63,812 bases of DNA, filler included, from Octopus bimaculoides (GCF_001194135.2; 5 parts of 4 records of this genome joined end to end with filler, not necessarily neighbours in it), one strand, 5' to 3'. Positions 10,560-23,243 are shown, numbered from the whole stretch's first letter. Notes: generated from the letters alone by a model not told the origin. Numbers and translations: made by a program.

Positions 10560-11200
10560 TTCATTTTGTATTTTTGTGTTTTTTCAATGAATACCACTTG
10601 TCGTAAATTTTAATATACCGGATGTAGGTTGAGAGAATACGCGAAAGTTTTTCCAACTGTTTTTACTTAAAGTAATGTTATTTCTAGTTTAAGTCATCCT
10701 CTGAGTTTTTGCAGAAATATCCATTATATCCAGCCACTAAGCCCCCCATATTTCCGTGAAATACTTATATGTCATATGCCAAATCGATTAATCCGGTTCT
10801 TCTTTTTCTTCTTTCTTCGGTCTTTTCCAGAAACGTTCACAACCTATTGTTTACTTTACGTTCACTTCCTGTTGCTTATAATGATATTCATGTGAGAACA
10901 TAATTCTTTTCTTCTTCATTTGAAACCTACGTGTTCACTCCGTATCACCAGCCCGTCCAAAACCCACCACACCACACCACACTACACCACACCACCACCT
11001 CAACCCATCACATTAATTTAACTGCGAATATAATATAGTGGTTTGCAGAGAGTGACAGCTGGCCCGAGTCAATAAGGTGGCCGGTCGTCCAACAGCGTGA
11101 GTGTCAATAGTTCGTTTCCTGTCTCCGATACTACGTTAACACCATAGTGACGATGTCACCAAATCTTCAACAGCTCAGACCACCCTACCGCAATTTCGTA

Positions 11201-11214
11201 CCACAAGGTGGCAG
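11201..11214 (+). promoter_or_regulatory. CTCF-like motif CCACAAGGTGGCAG
   Basis: One mismatch to the CCASYAGRKGGCRS consensus, in sequence with no repeat I recognise; motif match only. Confidence 0.3.
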
Positions 11215-11280
11215 AGATTAATCGCTGGTAAGCGGGTAGTATTTCAAAGTTGGCGTGCGGTGTCGAAGTCAAAATCTACC

Positions 11281-11394
11281 ATGACGATACTACTCGAAGA
11301 AAGAAAATCAGTTGTGCAAACTACCAAGCTGGCTTTACCAGATCAGGAACGCAGGACTCCTTTTTTTAAAATACCATTGGTGAATTACAAATGC
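11281..11394 (+). CDS. Possible first coding exon of an unidentified gene
   Basis: ctaccATG, 38 open codons MTILLEERKSVVQTTKLALPDQERRTPFFKIPLVNYKC, phase-0 donor TGC/GTAAGA; no recognised homology. Confidence 0.2.
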
Positions 11395-11980
11395 GTAAGA
11401 ACATATGGGAAGGTGCAGTTGTACAGAGAAAAGTAATGGACCTTTAATTGTATAAATTCAAATGTATGAAACGTATTGAATTACTGTGTTGATCCTTAAG
11501 GATTAAAGGGTTATAGTTTATTCATCTATTTATTATTTATTTATTTTTCAAAACGGATTTTGGAGATTTTGTAAGTAAGCGATTTCAAATTTAGGATCTT
11601 TGTGGTTTGACGGGCAACATTTTTTTATGTAGTGTTTTTGGTACCGAAACACTTTCAAACTTCGTATACTTGTATGTTTTGTGGTATAGAACTGATAAAA
11701 AATTTTGTATTCGAAGTTATTTCACGTTAAAAATTGTCTTATTTCGATAATTTCAACTAATCACTGACGTCTATTCAGTTGAAAACAGTTAGCGCTGTAA
11801 CGGTGTATATGGTATTAATCCCCGTTAGTTCTGACATTTCCGATTAACTAGACTGTTCGTAAACAAAGGGGAAAAACCCATCAAAATACTTGAATATTGC
11901 CTACACTTGTTATTGGAGCTGGCAGATTTATTAATGCACCTCCACCAAGTGCTTCATTTCCTAGAAATAGCAACCAAATC

Positions 11981-12080
11981 NNNNNNNNNNNNNNNNNNNN
12001 NNNNNNNNNNNNNNNNNNNNNNNNTTAATTAATTAANNNNNNNNNNNNNNNNNNNNNNNNNNNNNNNNNNNNNNNNNNNN
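11981..12080. other. Artificial scaffold spacer N44-TTAATTAATTAA-N44
   Basis: Identical 100-bp spacer at 25236-25335, 43361-43460 and 62190-62289. Confidence 0.95.
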
Positions 12081-12664
12081 TATATATATTGATATATATA
12101 TATGTATATATACACACACACACACACACAAATATATATTTCTTTTTTGAGGGCGCCATCCTTGCAGTAAGAAGCAGTAGTTTGGTCGATCAGGTGGTGG
12201 TTAGGGCGCGGGTGAGAGGGTTACGTGAGCAAGCTGGAAGAGATAGTTCTCTACGTAATGAATAAAAGAAAAAAAAGTAACATGCCTTTTTCAGAGAGAT
12301 GACCATACTAGTCTGCAAAAGATATAGGCATGTATGCGTATGGTAATACGTTGCTATGTTAAAAAGAATTAGTCTAACGAAGGAAAAAGGACAAGCTTAC
12401 ATTTGAAAAGTTCAAAGTCCGACAGGAAAGCGATAGAGAGTTGAAGAAAGATAGAGAAAGTGAGAGGGAGAGACAGAGGAACATAAAGATATCTATACGG
12501 TAACTTACGAACCAGCAAGCTGGAAGTTACAGAGATGGAGAATGAGAGGGATAAAGAAACGTGAGCAAGCTGGAAGATATAATTCTTTAGGTAATGAATT
12601 AAAGAAAAGGAGAAAAAATAACGTCTATTTTGTTTGTTTCTTTTTTTCAGAGAGTAAAAAGTCA

Positions 12665-12762
12665 GGTCACCCTCGAGTGCTATTAGTTGCTCTTGTTCAC
12701 TACTGATAACATGTAACCCAGTTCAACCTGTTACATGGTTGGGTCATCGGCGACTAAACTGG
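12665..12762 (+). ncRNA. HDV-like ribozyme candidate
   Basis: P1 GGUCACC/GGUCAUC (one mismatch); P2 CCAGU/ACUGG; P3 CAAC/GUUG; GG then CGA-CUAA junction; P4 essentially absent. Confidence 0.35.
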
Positions 12763-13875
12763 CAACCCCACCAAGCTTGATTGGTGAAGAGAGTGATAGT
12801 CGAACACCCTGTAGGACGAAAAATAAACTCTGTCATAATGGGCGGAGGAACATCATGAGTTGTCGGCCATCCAACTATATATGTGTATGTGTATATACGA
12901 CTTTTTGTATGCATTTAATTCCATATATTAGGGGCAGATGGGGCTCCTTAACCTCGGTGAAGGTATCCTATCTAGAAGCGGGGAAACTCTGATACAAAAG
13001 CAGGTCTTTGGTTGCTGAAGATCTCCTTAACGAGGCTGTACTATCCGCAAGCTCGGGCTCATAGAGTAGACTAGGCTCTCCAGCGTGTTTATTGCGGCTC
13101 GTCTAGGAGATGGAAATTTCTTAAGAAAAAGCCTGAGGTGTGTTGGGTTTTATGACAGCTTTCATTTATTCATTCAATACGGCACAGCTTCAACTTGAAA
13201 AAGATCGAAACGTCCTCTGGCGAGAGAATGAAAGTGGCAGGGACAGGTAAAGTATATAACTGGAAGTCTCTTGCTGGATTTCTACACAGTCGGCGACCAT
13301 TGGGTGATGGCCGTCCCAGCACAGAACTTGTAACTGTGCTGTTCATGTCCTCCAGTGGTGACAAAGCAGGTCTATTTAGACACAGCACTGCTTTCCCCAA
13401 CAGGGGCAGGGGCAAGAAAAGGAGCCCCGATCATTGGTTACTCACCTTAAACTTGTCAACCCGCTGCAGCTGTCTGGTTGTTCAGCAACGCAGTCGAAAC
13501 ACGTAGAAATCTAAAAATATTAACCTTGGTTCTTGGTATGTGCGCTCTCTCCAAGACAGTCACTCAGCATCAGAACGAAAAACAGCACCGGTTGCCCTTG
13601 AACTAAAGAAATACAACAAAGGTATTTCTGATCGCATCATGACACTAATGTTGGAACTTGATTACAACACTCGCGTTACGCTTGTCAGTTGCTATGCCCC
13701 AACCATGGCCAGCACTGAGCAGGAAAAGGATAAATTTTACAGCCAACTCCGTAATGTCATCTCCAGTTGTCACCATAAGGATAAGCTTATCCTCAAGGGC
13801 GACTTTAACGCGCGTGTTTGTACTGATTATCAGGCATGGGACAGTGTACTTGGTCACCATGGTGTAGTTTGAATG
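12665..13875 (+). mobile_element. RTE-clade LINE 5' portion: putative 5' UTR plus AP-endonuclease remnant (13507-13872)
   Basis: INLGSWYVRSL...ISDRIMTL...CYAPT...GDFNARV...GHHG are RTE APE motifs; segment after ELKKYN deleted; the 5' UTR extent is inferred. Confidence 0.75.
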
Positions 13876-14642
13876 AACTCCAGCAGTCTGCGCGTGCTCT
13901 CCATCTGCACGTTTGTATTGTATTTGTGTGTGTGCATGTATGTGTATACCTTCGTCTTTGCGTGTGTTTCTGTGTGCATGTACATGTTTCTTCGTGTGTG
14001 CGCGCTCTAATCAACTTTTGACTTTCCATATTCGGGATGTGTGATGGGCTAAAGTATTAGTTTATTGAATTATAGCACCTATAAACAAACTGCGGCCCGC
14101 AATACTTTCCGAATAGCACCTTTAACGAAAAATTACCTTTAATAATTTTAAGAGTGCAGGCCTCTAATGATGAGCCGTATGTCAGGCGTTCCCGATTTTC
14201 GGAAAAGATTGGCTATACTTGAATTGTAGCGTACGTAAATAAGTATGTCATAGTCCCTTATATTCTTAATGAATCGGAGTGATGCAGCATATGACAATGA
14301 TGGCCCTTGAATAATAGGTGGAAACGATCTGGTGACCTTTCATGCCGCTTTTCTGTGTCCATTTTTTCTTTTAGTCTCAAATCTTGCGTCAACACTTGTC
14401 TCTAGAAGAAGACATTCGTTGAGGATGGCATACATAGGGATGGAAAGCCAGATTTGATTGTCAAGTGAGCTTCTTTAACTGCTCCTCCATATAAACGTCT
14501 CCACATACACAGACACACACAGACAAAACGCGCGCGCGCCCTCACGGATGCGCTCGCATACGCACGCTCGCACGCACTCACACGCTATCACAATCACATA
14601 CATAAGCATACACACAAATGCATACACGCACACACACACACA

Positions 14643-14724
<82 letters not shown>

Positions 14725-14934
14725 GGATAGAAACACACGCAGTATGTGTGCGTGTGTATATTCATATCAACAGGAAAGATGCAGAAATACAGAGAGAGAA
14801 GGGGGGGGGAGAAATCAAAACGGATAGACAACACACATGTATGCACAGCGCACACATGCAGAAAACCAAGCCGCTTTACCTGTATGAGGAGATTGTAAAA
14901 GACAAAAAATGAAAATGGGTAAAAAGAAAAACCA

Positions 14935-14957
14935 TGACAGCTGTCAATTAGTGACAG
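14935..14957. promoter_or_regulatory. Palindromic TALE-homeodomain site TGACAGCTGTCA plus ATTA and a third TGACAG
   Basis: Perfect MEIS/TGIF/PKNOX dimer-type palindrome; motif match only. Confidence 0.3.
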
Positions 14958-16445
14958 GGAAAAGCAAGTCGAGAAGACGAGAGATAAACTATTTCTGATT
15001 GCCGCCATTACTAACACATTTTCTCACATTGTTTTATTTTCTGAAGGCATTCAACGTCTCCCCCACCTTCATTTCAAGGTGACAAATTAGAGATGAAATA
15101 TTTACTGCCTTTAGCGCGATAGTTTCAACAGAGAACTCTTGTCTTCCTTGCAGATAAAAAAGAGAATAACAAAGAGCGTGTTTTGATATACATACACTCA
15201 TACATGCACAAACACTCTCACACACATGAATACATACATACACACATACATATATAATACATATACATACATACATATATACATAATATGTATATATACA
15301 TACATACATATATACATACATGCATACATACATATACATATACATACATACACATATANNNNNNNNNNNNNNNNNNNTATACATGTATAAAACTTTTTTA
15401 TCAGTCCGTTATTTCTCCATTCCTATTGTTTTCAGTTTTCTAGGACTTAGTTGTATGTTGCAGAATCGTCCTTTGTATCGATCTCGGATTTCAGTTGAAA
15501 GACTCTTGAATATCAGCCTGTTTTCATTCTGCTCAAACGAAGATTTTAATATTTGTTGTTCTGCCCCTTTACTCTCTACTTACATGGGCTGCGTTTATCT
15601 GTTAATGTTCGTATAAGCTTCGTGTTTTGGTGGTCCATATGGGGATATATAAATACTACTCAAAGATTTGTTTGTCCTTAGAGCTCACTCTGAAGTAGTA
15701 TTTCTCTTGAAATTACAGGGCGCACCGGAGATAGTAATACTATCTCCGGTGCCGAAACGACTATAACCCTCAGATGTACATCTGCTGATGAGAGGCTTCT
15801 GTTTATGTTCATTTTGCTTTGATCTGATTTTCAGTGCCTCATAATTGTTGTCATCGTCAGTGCTTATTTTCTGTACACACACACATACACATATTAACTA
15901 TATATTAATAGTACATTCCGCTTTTAATTTATTATCATCAATAATGATAATAATTTAGTTATTATTAGTAACAATGAATTGATATTAATTTATTCAACTT
16001 GCAAACGCCTACTCTCTTATGCAAGTCGGAAGCTAATTCATTAAAGTAAGTTAGAAGATTAATGTAGTTCGAGTCCGTATATCGTAAATTGCTTCAAGCC
16101 ATTAATTTCTTGTTAAAAGGGATAGATAATCGATCTCTGCTGAAAGTTTAATAAAACTTGAAGCTAATCAGATCAATCCCTTTTGCTAACCACGGAGGCA
16201 TAAAACCATTAATGTAATCATTTTATTTATAACTAACAACGAGGCTAAAATTATAGGATTTCTAAAAACATGCACGTAAAATATATGAAGGGTTATTAGA
16301 AAGTTTTTAAAGAACAGATGCAATGATTTTACTTTCAACGGAAGTAGCCCTCTTATTGAGTCAGTGTATACTTCATGATATTTAATGGTGTTCACTTGTT
16401 ATACCAGGTTCTATAACATACTAGAACAGCTGTGTGACTTTAAGG

Positions 16446-16580
16446 ATAGCTGACAAATTTGAGCAACATGCCTGCATGAAACTGTATACGAATCTCGGCA
16501 GTTCTGCTACCGAAGCTTTCGAAATACTACGTCGGGCTGTTGGCAAACCTTCTTTACGGCATACGTAAAATTCTGAATAT
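16446..16580 (+). pseudogene. Mariner transposase N-terminal HTH fragment
   Basis: ADKFEQHACMKLYTNLGSSATEAFEILRRAVGKPSL resembles mariner EQR.CIKFC..LG.SATET.E.L..AFG. Confidence 0.65.
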
Positions 16581-16582
16581 TT

Positions 16583-16930
16583 GTGCCTCCCCAACAAGGC
16601 TACCCACGACCTGCGCCGCCATTTTTGCTAACCAAAATATTTAACTGGCCAAAATCTTTAATTGTGCTTAACAGAGTAATGTGCCTAAAGTTACTAATAA
16701 TGTTCCCCCTGTTCGAGTCCTTTCTGATCAACGTTACCAACACCCGACTCGCAGCCTTGGGAATTCTCCTATTCTGCTGCCAGTGGGCATAGACACTGGC
16801 CAGTAGGTGCCTGACCAAGTCTGGCATACTTTTGATTTGGGATGCAGAGCCCAACCTTAACGCCTCTTTTAAGTCCTTAACTAGATCCATTTCTACTCTG
16901 GTCTTATCTGAACTTAGATCCTGGCTAGGA
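16583..16930 (-). mobile_element. Tx1/L1-like LINE RT fragment
   Basis: MPDLVRHLLASVYAHWQQNRRIP...VTLIRKD...NFRHITLL; similar to 53640-54652. Confidence 0.75.
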
Positions 16931-17199
16931 AGTTTATAAGTTCGATTTCACAATTATATATTTTATTTATTTATTACACGCATACATACATGCACGTACA
17001 TACATACATACATACATACATACGTATAAACACACACATGCACATGCGTACATACAAACATTTCTGAGAGACCTTCTGTCATTTTTATCTGATGATGGCC
17101 TGACAACTGAAGAAAAAGTTAAAATGACTAAGTGTATACGATGATGATGATGATGAGGAGAAGGAGGAGGACATAAAAAGGAAGCATAAAAGAGTATTA

Positions 17200-18215
17200 C
17201 TAATTTATGTCTCCTCCTGGGATCAAGAAGGCATATTCAGGTGGATAGGTATTTATCACAGACCTCATACTGTTGTTCACTTAAACTGGGGTTGTTAGGG
17301 TGTCAATATGCTTCCCTTTCTTGCCTCTACAATTCTGAGTTTCGAAAAGTTGCGAAAGCCTTTGAAAACCTGATGCTTCCTTACATGCAGACCTACCTTA
17401 AACAATAACATTCTCTGAATTTGGATTGATCTTGCAATATTTCAAGGTTGTTTTTTTGTGCACTTTTGAATTTTCTACGTGGTGCACCAATACTGCGTTC
17501 TTCATTTGCAAACTCAGAATATAACATTGTCTTTGGTAGTCTACAGTCAGGCATTCCCACATGTTCACTCCAAAGCAGTTAGATTCTCTTGTGAGTAAGA
17601 AACAGACTGGAACTAATTACAAGCCTGAGAATATCTATAATAGGAATTTTATCCTGCCACTGTATGCGCAGACTCTTCCTTAAGGAAAGCCATATACAAA
17701 TGATTAAGCTGATTTTGCATGGAACTGATGTGCCACTTCATGTTTCCGCATCATAGAGGAGAATTGGGAGGATGACAGCCTTGTAAACTTTAATTTTTGC
17801 ATCAAAGTGAACACCTGGCCGGTATCACGCCTTATGCCATAGTTTTCAAAAACCTACACGCTCCTTACCAGTACGTAATGAAACTTTCGCATCGATGCAG
17901 ATATCTGAAGTCAACGTACTTCTGAGATATTAAAAATTCTCCACATTTTCAGTTCAGTTCCATTTACATTTACTCCCAGTGGTACTCCATACCTGGGACA
18001 TGTTAATACAGAACTTCTGTCTTTGCAGTTCTGATAGTGAAACCAAAATTGTTACAGGTCGTTGAGAATTGACAGATGTAGGCATACATGATAGACTCAT
18101 CTGTTTCAAACAAGCTACAGTCGCCTGCAGTTCCAATTTATTTAGGTGACTGAATTTGGATTTTGCTTGCAATTTGCGAAGATCACACCATTGGTGACAT
18201 AAAATGGTACAGATA
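17200..18215 (-). mobile_element. RTE-clade LINE RT and C-terminal remnant
   Basis: Decayed frames give VPFYVTNGV, CNNFGFTIRTAKTEVL, KIKVYKAVILPILLY, DCRLPKTMLYSE. Confidence 0.8.
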
Positions 18216-18336
18216 TGTTTCGATTGTTCCTAACACAAGCCAGCACATCATCATGAAAATAGTGCACAATATGCACGAACATATTCGGTAAACTATATCA
18301 AGCAAAGATGCTCAACAAACTACTATCACATACATA

Positions 18337-18602
18337 AAAAATAATAAAATAAATGCGCCCTTTTTAAAGCCTAGCCAGGCTCATGGGCCCGGTTTCCCGG
18401 TTTCAATGGCGTACGTGTTCCCCAGTTGGACGGGACGCCAGTCCATCGCAGCGTTACTCATTTTTGCCAGCAGAGTGAACTGGAGCAACGTGAAATGAAG
18501 TGTTTTTCTCAAGAACACAAAGCGTCACCTGGTCCAGGAATCGAAACCACAATCTTACGATCATGATGCTGACACCCTGACCACTCAGCCACGCGCCTCC
18601 AC
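18337..18602 (-). mobile_element. tRNA-derived SINE family C (V-domain-like), 15-bp TSD
   Basis: ACTATCACATACATA at 18322-18336 and 18603-18617; gcgatggactggcgtcccgtcca segment; second copy at about 59195-59385. Confidence 0.88.
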
Positions 18603-19004
18603 ACTATCACATACATACGGTGTTGAAATCCTTCGTGAGATCATTAAAGGTTATATTTAGATGAGTTAGGTTTACAGAAAGTGTTTCCCCAATATAATCA
18701 TATGTTGCAACAGAAATTGAACCTGCACTTAGCATTTTAGTGAAGACAGTGACATTATAGTTTCATTGGTTTCAAAGTAGCAGGAAAATTCATCAAGAGC
18801 TGTACAGATTATCAATAGATTCCTCATTTATTTTCTTTGAATTGTTCACGTCATTTTAAAAGTTTTCAATCCAGCTTTCGTGTGCTGCGTTTTTGTCTGA
18901 TTGGTGTACTACATCTACTGTGAGGACGCGTGAAACCAGGACGGTAGAGCAACAGCTAGCTAGATACATACATACATACATGCATACATACATACATACA
19001 TACA

Positions 19005-19037
<33 letters not shown>

Positions 19038-20589
19038 GTGTGCGCGCATATGTGCTTCGGATTACAGACAACGGGAAGCTTACCCTTTCGAAAGCAATAG
19101 CTCATTCGGTCACTAATCAAAGTTTATCGCTGTTTCCAAGAAGTAGTATTTGCACCCCCCCCCAAAAAAAAACACGCACCCATGCCCACCCATTCATATA
19201 TACATACATACATACATGCATACAGGCATATACATACTTATGTGTACGTCTGTCTTTTTTTAGAGCATGATTTGAGGAAGTTTGGACTGTTATTTCTCAC
19301 TGGTTGAGAAATGTAAACCTCTGGACCTAGCTTCATCATATATTAACACCATCACAATTCGAGTCAATAAGTAAACTTTTGCTACGTATCTTGCTCTGCT
19401 AGAAATAGCTGCCAAATCTTTCTGGAAAATTATAACCCACTGTCTGAGAAAAGATCCATTGGTTTGATTTAGGGTTTTTTACGTGGTTGGATAAGCTGAT
19501 CATAGGTCTGTTCGATTAAGGCTTACCTAGGAGTAAACATAAATTCCATTACCAAAACAATTACCAGGAATAACAGCAGCTGCAAAAGTAGCAGTGCTGC
19601 ATTACACCATTGAAAAAACAAATTCAAAGAAAACAATAAATTTCAGTCATACTGTCACAGCAACAATATGGCTGAAATGAAATACTTCAGAGAAAGATAA
19701 TAAATACAAATTATGATAGTGCTACACATATCTAATACACTGAGTCGAAAATCTTCGATCGACTGCTAATATCCAAACAATTAGCAGACGAAAACTCCCA
19801 GTTGAGTTGTTTATAAACTAAAAAAACAGCAAGAACGCTATGATGTTTAGACAATATAAACAATGCAAATTGGATTAGATTTGGTTTTTAAATCAAATGA
19901 TAGATGTACTGAACGTGTTGACGGTTCAGTTAGACGTCTCTGAAGAACCACATTTATATTCAACTCAGTTGGTAATATTAAGAATTATTATTATATTCAG
20001 AAAAAAAGTGGAAGGTGCTGTCGCTAATTATGAATAGCAACTTTGTGGCTGTCGGAAAAATAAATGAGAACAGCGTTCTTTCTCGTACAGATACATATAT
20101 TGTACCATGAGTTCAGAGATTTCGATCAAATGAGATTATCAAAGAAAATAGTGGGAAAAAATTCTTATTCTAAGGAGATGCTAAAAGTGACAGTTCATTA
20201 AATAAAGTTAGTGGACGGAAAAGTTTGGACAACAAAGACAATACATATTTGTGTGGATTAGGTCTTAAAAGACAATGGGTGAAATCAACAGACATAATCT
20301 AGTCTTCATCCATAGTTATTCAGAGGGTGATGGATTAACAGGCTCTCATATAATATAAGAACTTGAAAAACTTCATGCAACTGAGATTAATTAATCAGTT
20401 AGTAGAAAACAGACACCTTCAGTGGTGTTTAAAATCTAAAACTAATAAGCAAGATAGCTTACTCTCAAAAACATCTGCATGCTGGAATGTTTGGTCAATA
20501 CCGATGATGCAGTATTGGAATGGATCTGGTCTATAAAGCCAAATGGTAAAAGTAACGGACATATGATATATAATCTTTATTAAGGCGAT

Positions 20590-20765
20590 GGAGAAAATGC
20601 CTTGTGGTATTTGTCCCGGCTCTATACGTTCTGAGTTCAAGTCCTGTTAAAGTCAACGTTGTCAAAGTTCGATAAAATAAAGTACCAGTCTAGCACTGGA
20701 ATCGTTATACTCGAAAAATCTTCTCCTTTAAATTTCAGGTTTTGTGCCTATGTTAGAAACAACTA
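20590..20765 (+). mobile_element. SINE family D, diverged
   Basis: cgttctgagttcaa...gataaaataaagtaccag...ttgtgcctatgttagaaac. Confidence 0.7.
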
Positions 20766-22412
20766 TGTAGTTGTTATTGTTACTGTTGTCATTTAATTAC
20801 ATGTACTCTGATCTAGGAGACAAATATATGATCAATGACATTCAAACCATGACTTTTATTGTTGTTAGCATGTGTGAAGCTGTAGGGTGTGATTTGTATA
20901 AGAATTGGCTGTTATTTCTAGCAGATTGGCTGACCGCGTACGGGTTACTTAGTTTTCAATATAATTATAATTGTTTTGGTTGTTGTTACTCTTCAGCCCT
21001 AGGTAAGCCCTTAACAAGCGTATATATTACCAATAACTTTCCAATCGTGCCCTGTCCATCTTGATTCTAGGGACTGTTTCTAGAATTACATTAGACAATT
21101 ATTTTTTCCGTTTGTTTTTTTAACCTACCAAGATGTGATTTAAGTGAGATTGCCTGCTATTTTTACCCAACAAAGCGAGGAATTTGTTGTGGTGTGTTTG
21201 TCGTTGTCTTGCTGTTATGGTGTAACGTGCTCTTATATTGTGTGACGCTGTTGCTGTGCTGATGTGTTGCTAATTTTGCGTTGCATCGCTTTGCTGCTGT
21301 TGTTGTCGTATGTTGTGTCTGTGACGATATGTTGGCATTGCTGTGTTGCGATGTGTTGCTTTGTTGTCGTATGTTGTGTCTGTGACGATTTGTCGCTATT
21401 GTTGTGTTACGATCTGTCACAATTGTAGTACACTGTTCTTGTGTAATAGTATGTTGTGGTGCAAGTGACGAGCTAGAATTGTGATATCTTGCGGCACATT
21501 TCTGTTGCTTTTGTGGTACGTTACTCATGTCTTGCCGTGCGGTAAGCTGTTGTTGTGTTGCAGTTGATGTTGTTGTTGTTGCTACCGTTGTTGTGATACG
21601 CAGCTTTCATTGTTGTTATGGAATACTGCTGCTGTAGTTATGTTGTACTGCTGGTGTTGTTCTTCTTGATGCTATTGTTGTTGTGGTTTGCTTCCAACGT
21701 TGCTACTATTGTTGTTGCTGTTGTGGTGGTGTTGGTGGTGGTGGTGATGGTGATGTATTGTTACTGGTGTTGCGTTAGTGTGTTATTGCCGAGCATCTCA
21801 CAATTATTGTTATCAATGCCGTTTCACTCCAGTTCATTCCTATTCCGCGGGGGAGGCGGGGCCGCTGACCAGAAACATTCCAAACATAACCAACCCGATA
21901 TTCAGTTTTTCATAGAGTTCCTACAACCACGTTATCGAATCTGTCATCGGTAGTTTGTGACCTGAAGGTGATTTAGCGGCTATTTCTAGCAGGTCGATAA
22001 GTCGATCTCCTATTGCTGCTGTCGCATCTAGTGTATTGTGTGCAGTTAGTGCTGCTGTTGCTGTTGCTGCTGCTGCTGCTGCAGCAGCCACTTGATGTTG
22101 TCATTACCGCTGCAGAGACTGTGATTTAATGTTATTGCAGACATAACATATTACTGTTGCTTGTTCTGTTGCGGTTGTTCACTCGTGGTGCTGCTGTCAT
22201 TAATACTACTGTTCTTGCTGGTGTTGCTGATGTGCTGCTTTTGCTGACGTTACTCCTGTGTTAAGCATTGCTGCTGTGGCTAATATTACAACTGTTGCTG
22301 GCGTTATTGTTGTTGCTGTTGTTGCTTTTGCTAGCGATACTGTTTTTATGGATGTTGCTATTGTTGCTGGTGACGCTAACATTACAGTTCCTGCCAGCAT
22401 TACTGCTGTTGC

Positions 22413-22632
22413 TAAGGCGGCGAGCTGGCAGAATCGTTAGCACGCCGGGTAAAATGCTTTGCAGTATTTCGCCCGTCTTCGCGATCTGATTTCAAATTCC
22501 ACCGAGGTCGACTTTGCCTATCATGTTTTCAGGGTCGATAAAATTAGTACAAGTGGAGTGCTGGGTCGATGTAGTCGACTTAACCCCTCCTCTGAAATTG
22601 CTGGCCTTGTACTAAAATTTGAAACAAATATT
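22413..22632 (+). mobile_element. SINE family D, full length
   Basis: aaggcggcgagctggcagaatcgttagc...aaatttgaaacaaatatt. Confidence 0.9.
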
Positions 22633-23036
22633 ACTGCTGTTGTGGTCGTCATTAGTTTTACTGTTGTCGCTATTGTTTTTGCTGATGCTAGCATAACTAC
22701 TGCTACAAGCATTACTGCTGTTGCTAATATTATCACTGTTGCTAAAATTATTGTTGTTGCTAATGTTCCTGCTATTGCTAGTATTACTACTGTTGCTGAC
22801 GTTACCAGTTTTTTTTCTTTTGCTGCTGTTGCTATTGTTGCTGCTGATGCTAATATTACTACTGCAGCATGCATTACTGCTGTTTCCAACGTCATTGCCG
22901 TTGCTAACACTACTGCTGCAGCTGGCATTACTGTTTATACAGTTGTTGCTATTGTTGCTATCAATGCTAATATTACTACTGCTGCATGCATTACTACTTT
23001 TGCTTATTATTGCTGTTGTCAATATTACTGCAGTTG

Positions 23037-23243
23037 CCAAGGCGGCAAGCTGGCAGAAACGTTAGCACGCTTAGCAGCATTGCATCCGTCTTTACGTTCT
23101 GAGTTCAAATTCAACCGAGGTCATCTATGCCTTTTATCATTTCAGAATCGATAGAATAAATAACAGTTGAAAACTGGGGTCGATGTATTCTACTTTCTCC
23201 TTCTCTAAAATTGCTGGTCTTGTACCAAAAATTTGAAACCAAT
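23037..23243 (+). mobile_element. SINE family D, full length
   Basis: Same consensus as 22413-22632. Confidence 0.88.

Noticed and set aside
17087-17115. CTGATGA followed by GAAA (similar near 62662)
   Set aside because: No stem II pairing or an incomplete core
20090-20200. Acceptor-like ttctttctcgtacag with a short open frame
   Set aside because: No convincing donor before the stop and no recognisable peptide
22459-23154. 231-aa Val/Ala/Thr ORF as a membrane or mucin protein
   Set aside because: Both ends are SINE sequence and the middle is degenerate trinucleotide repeat; no splice or domain evidence
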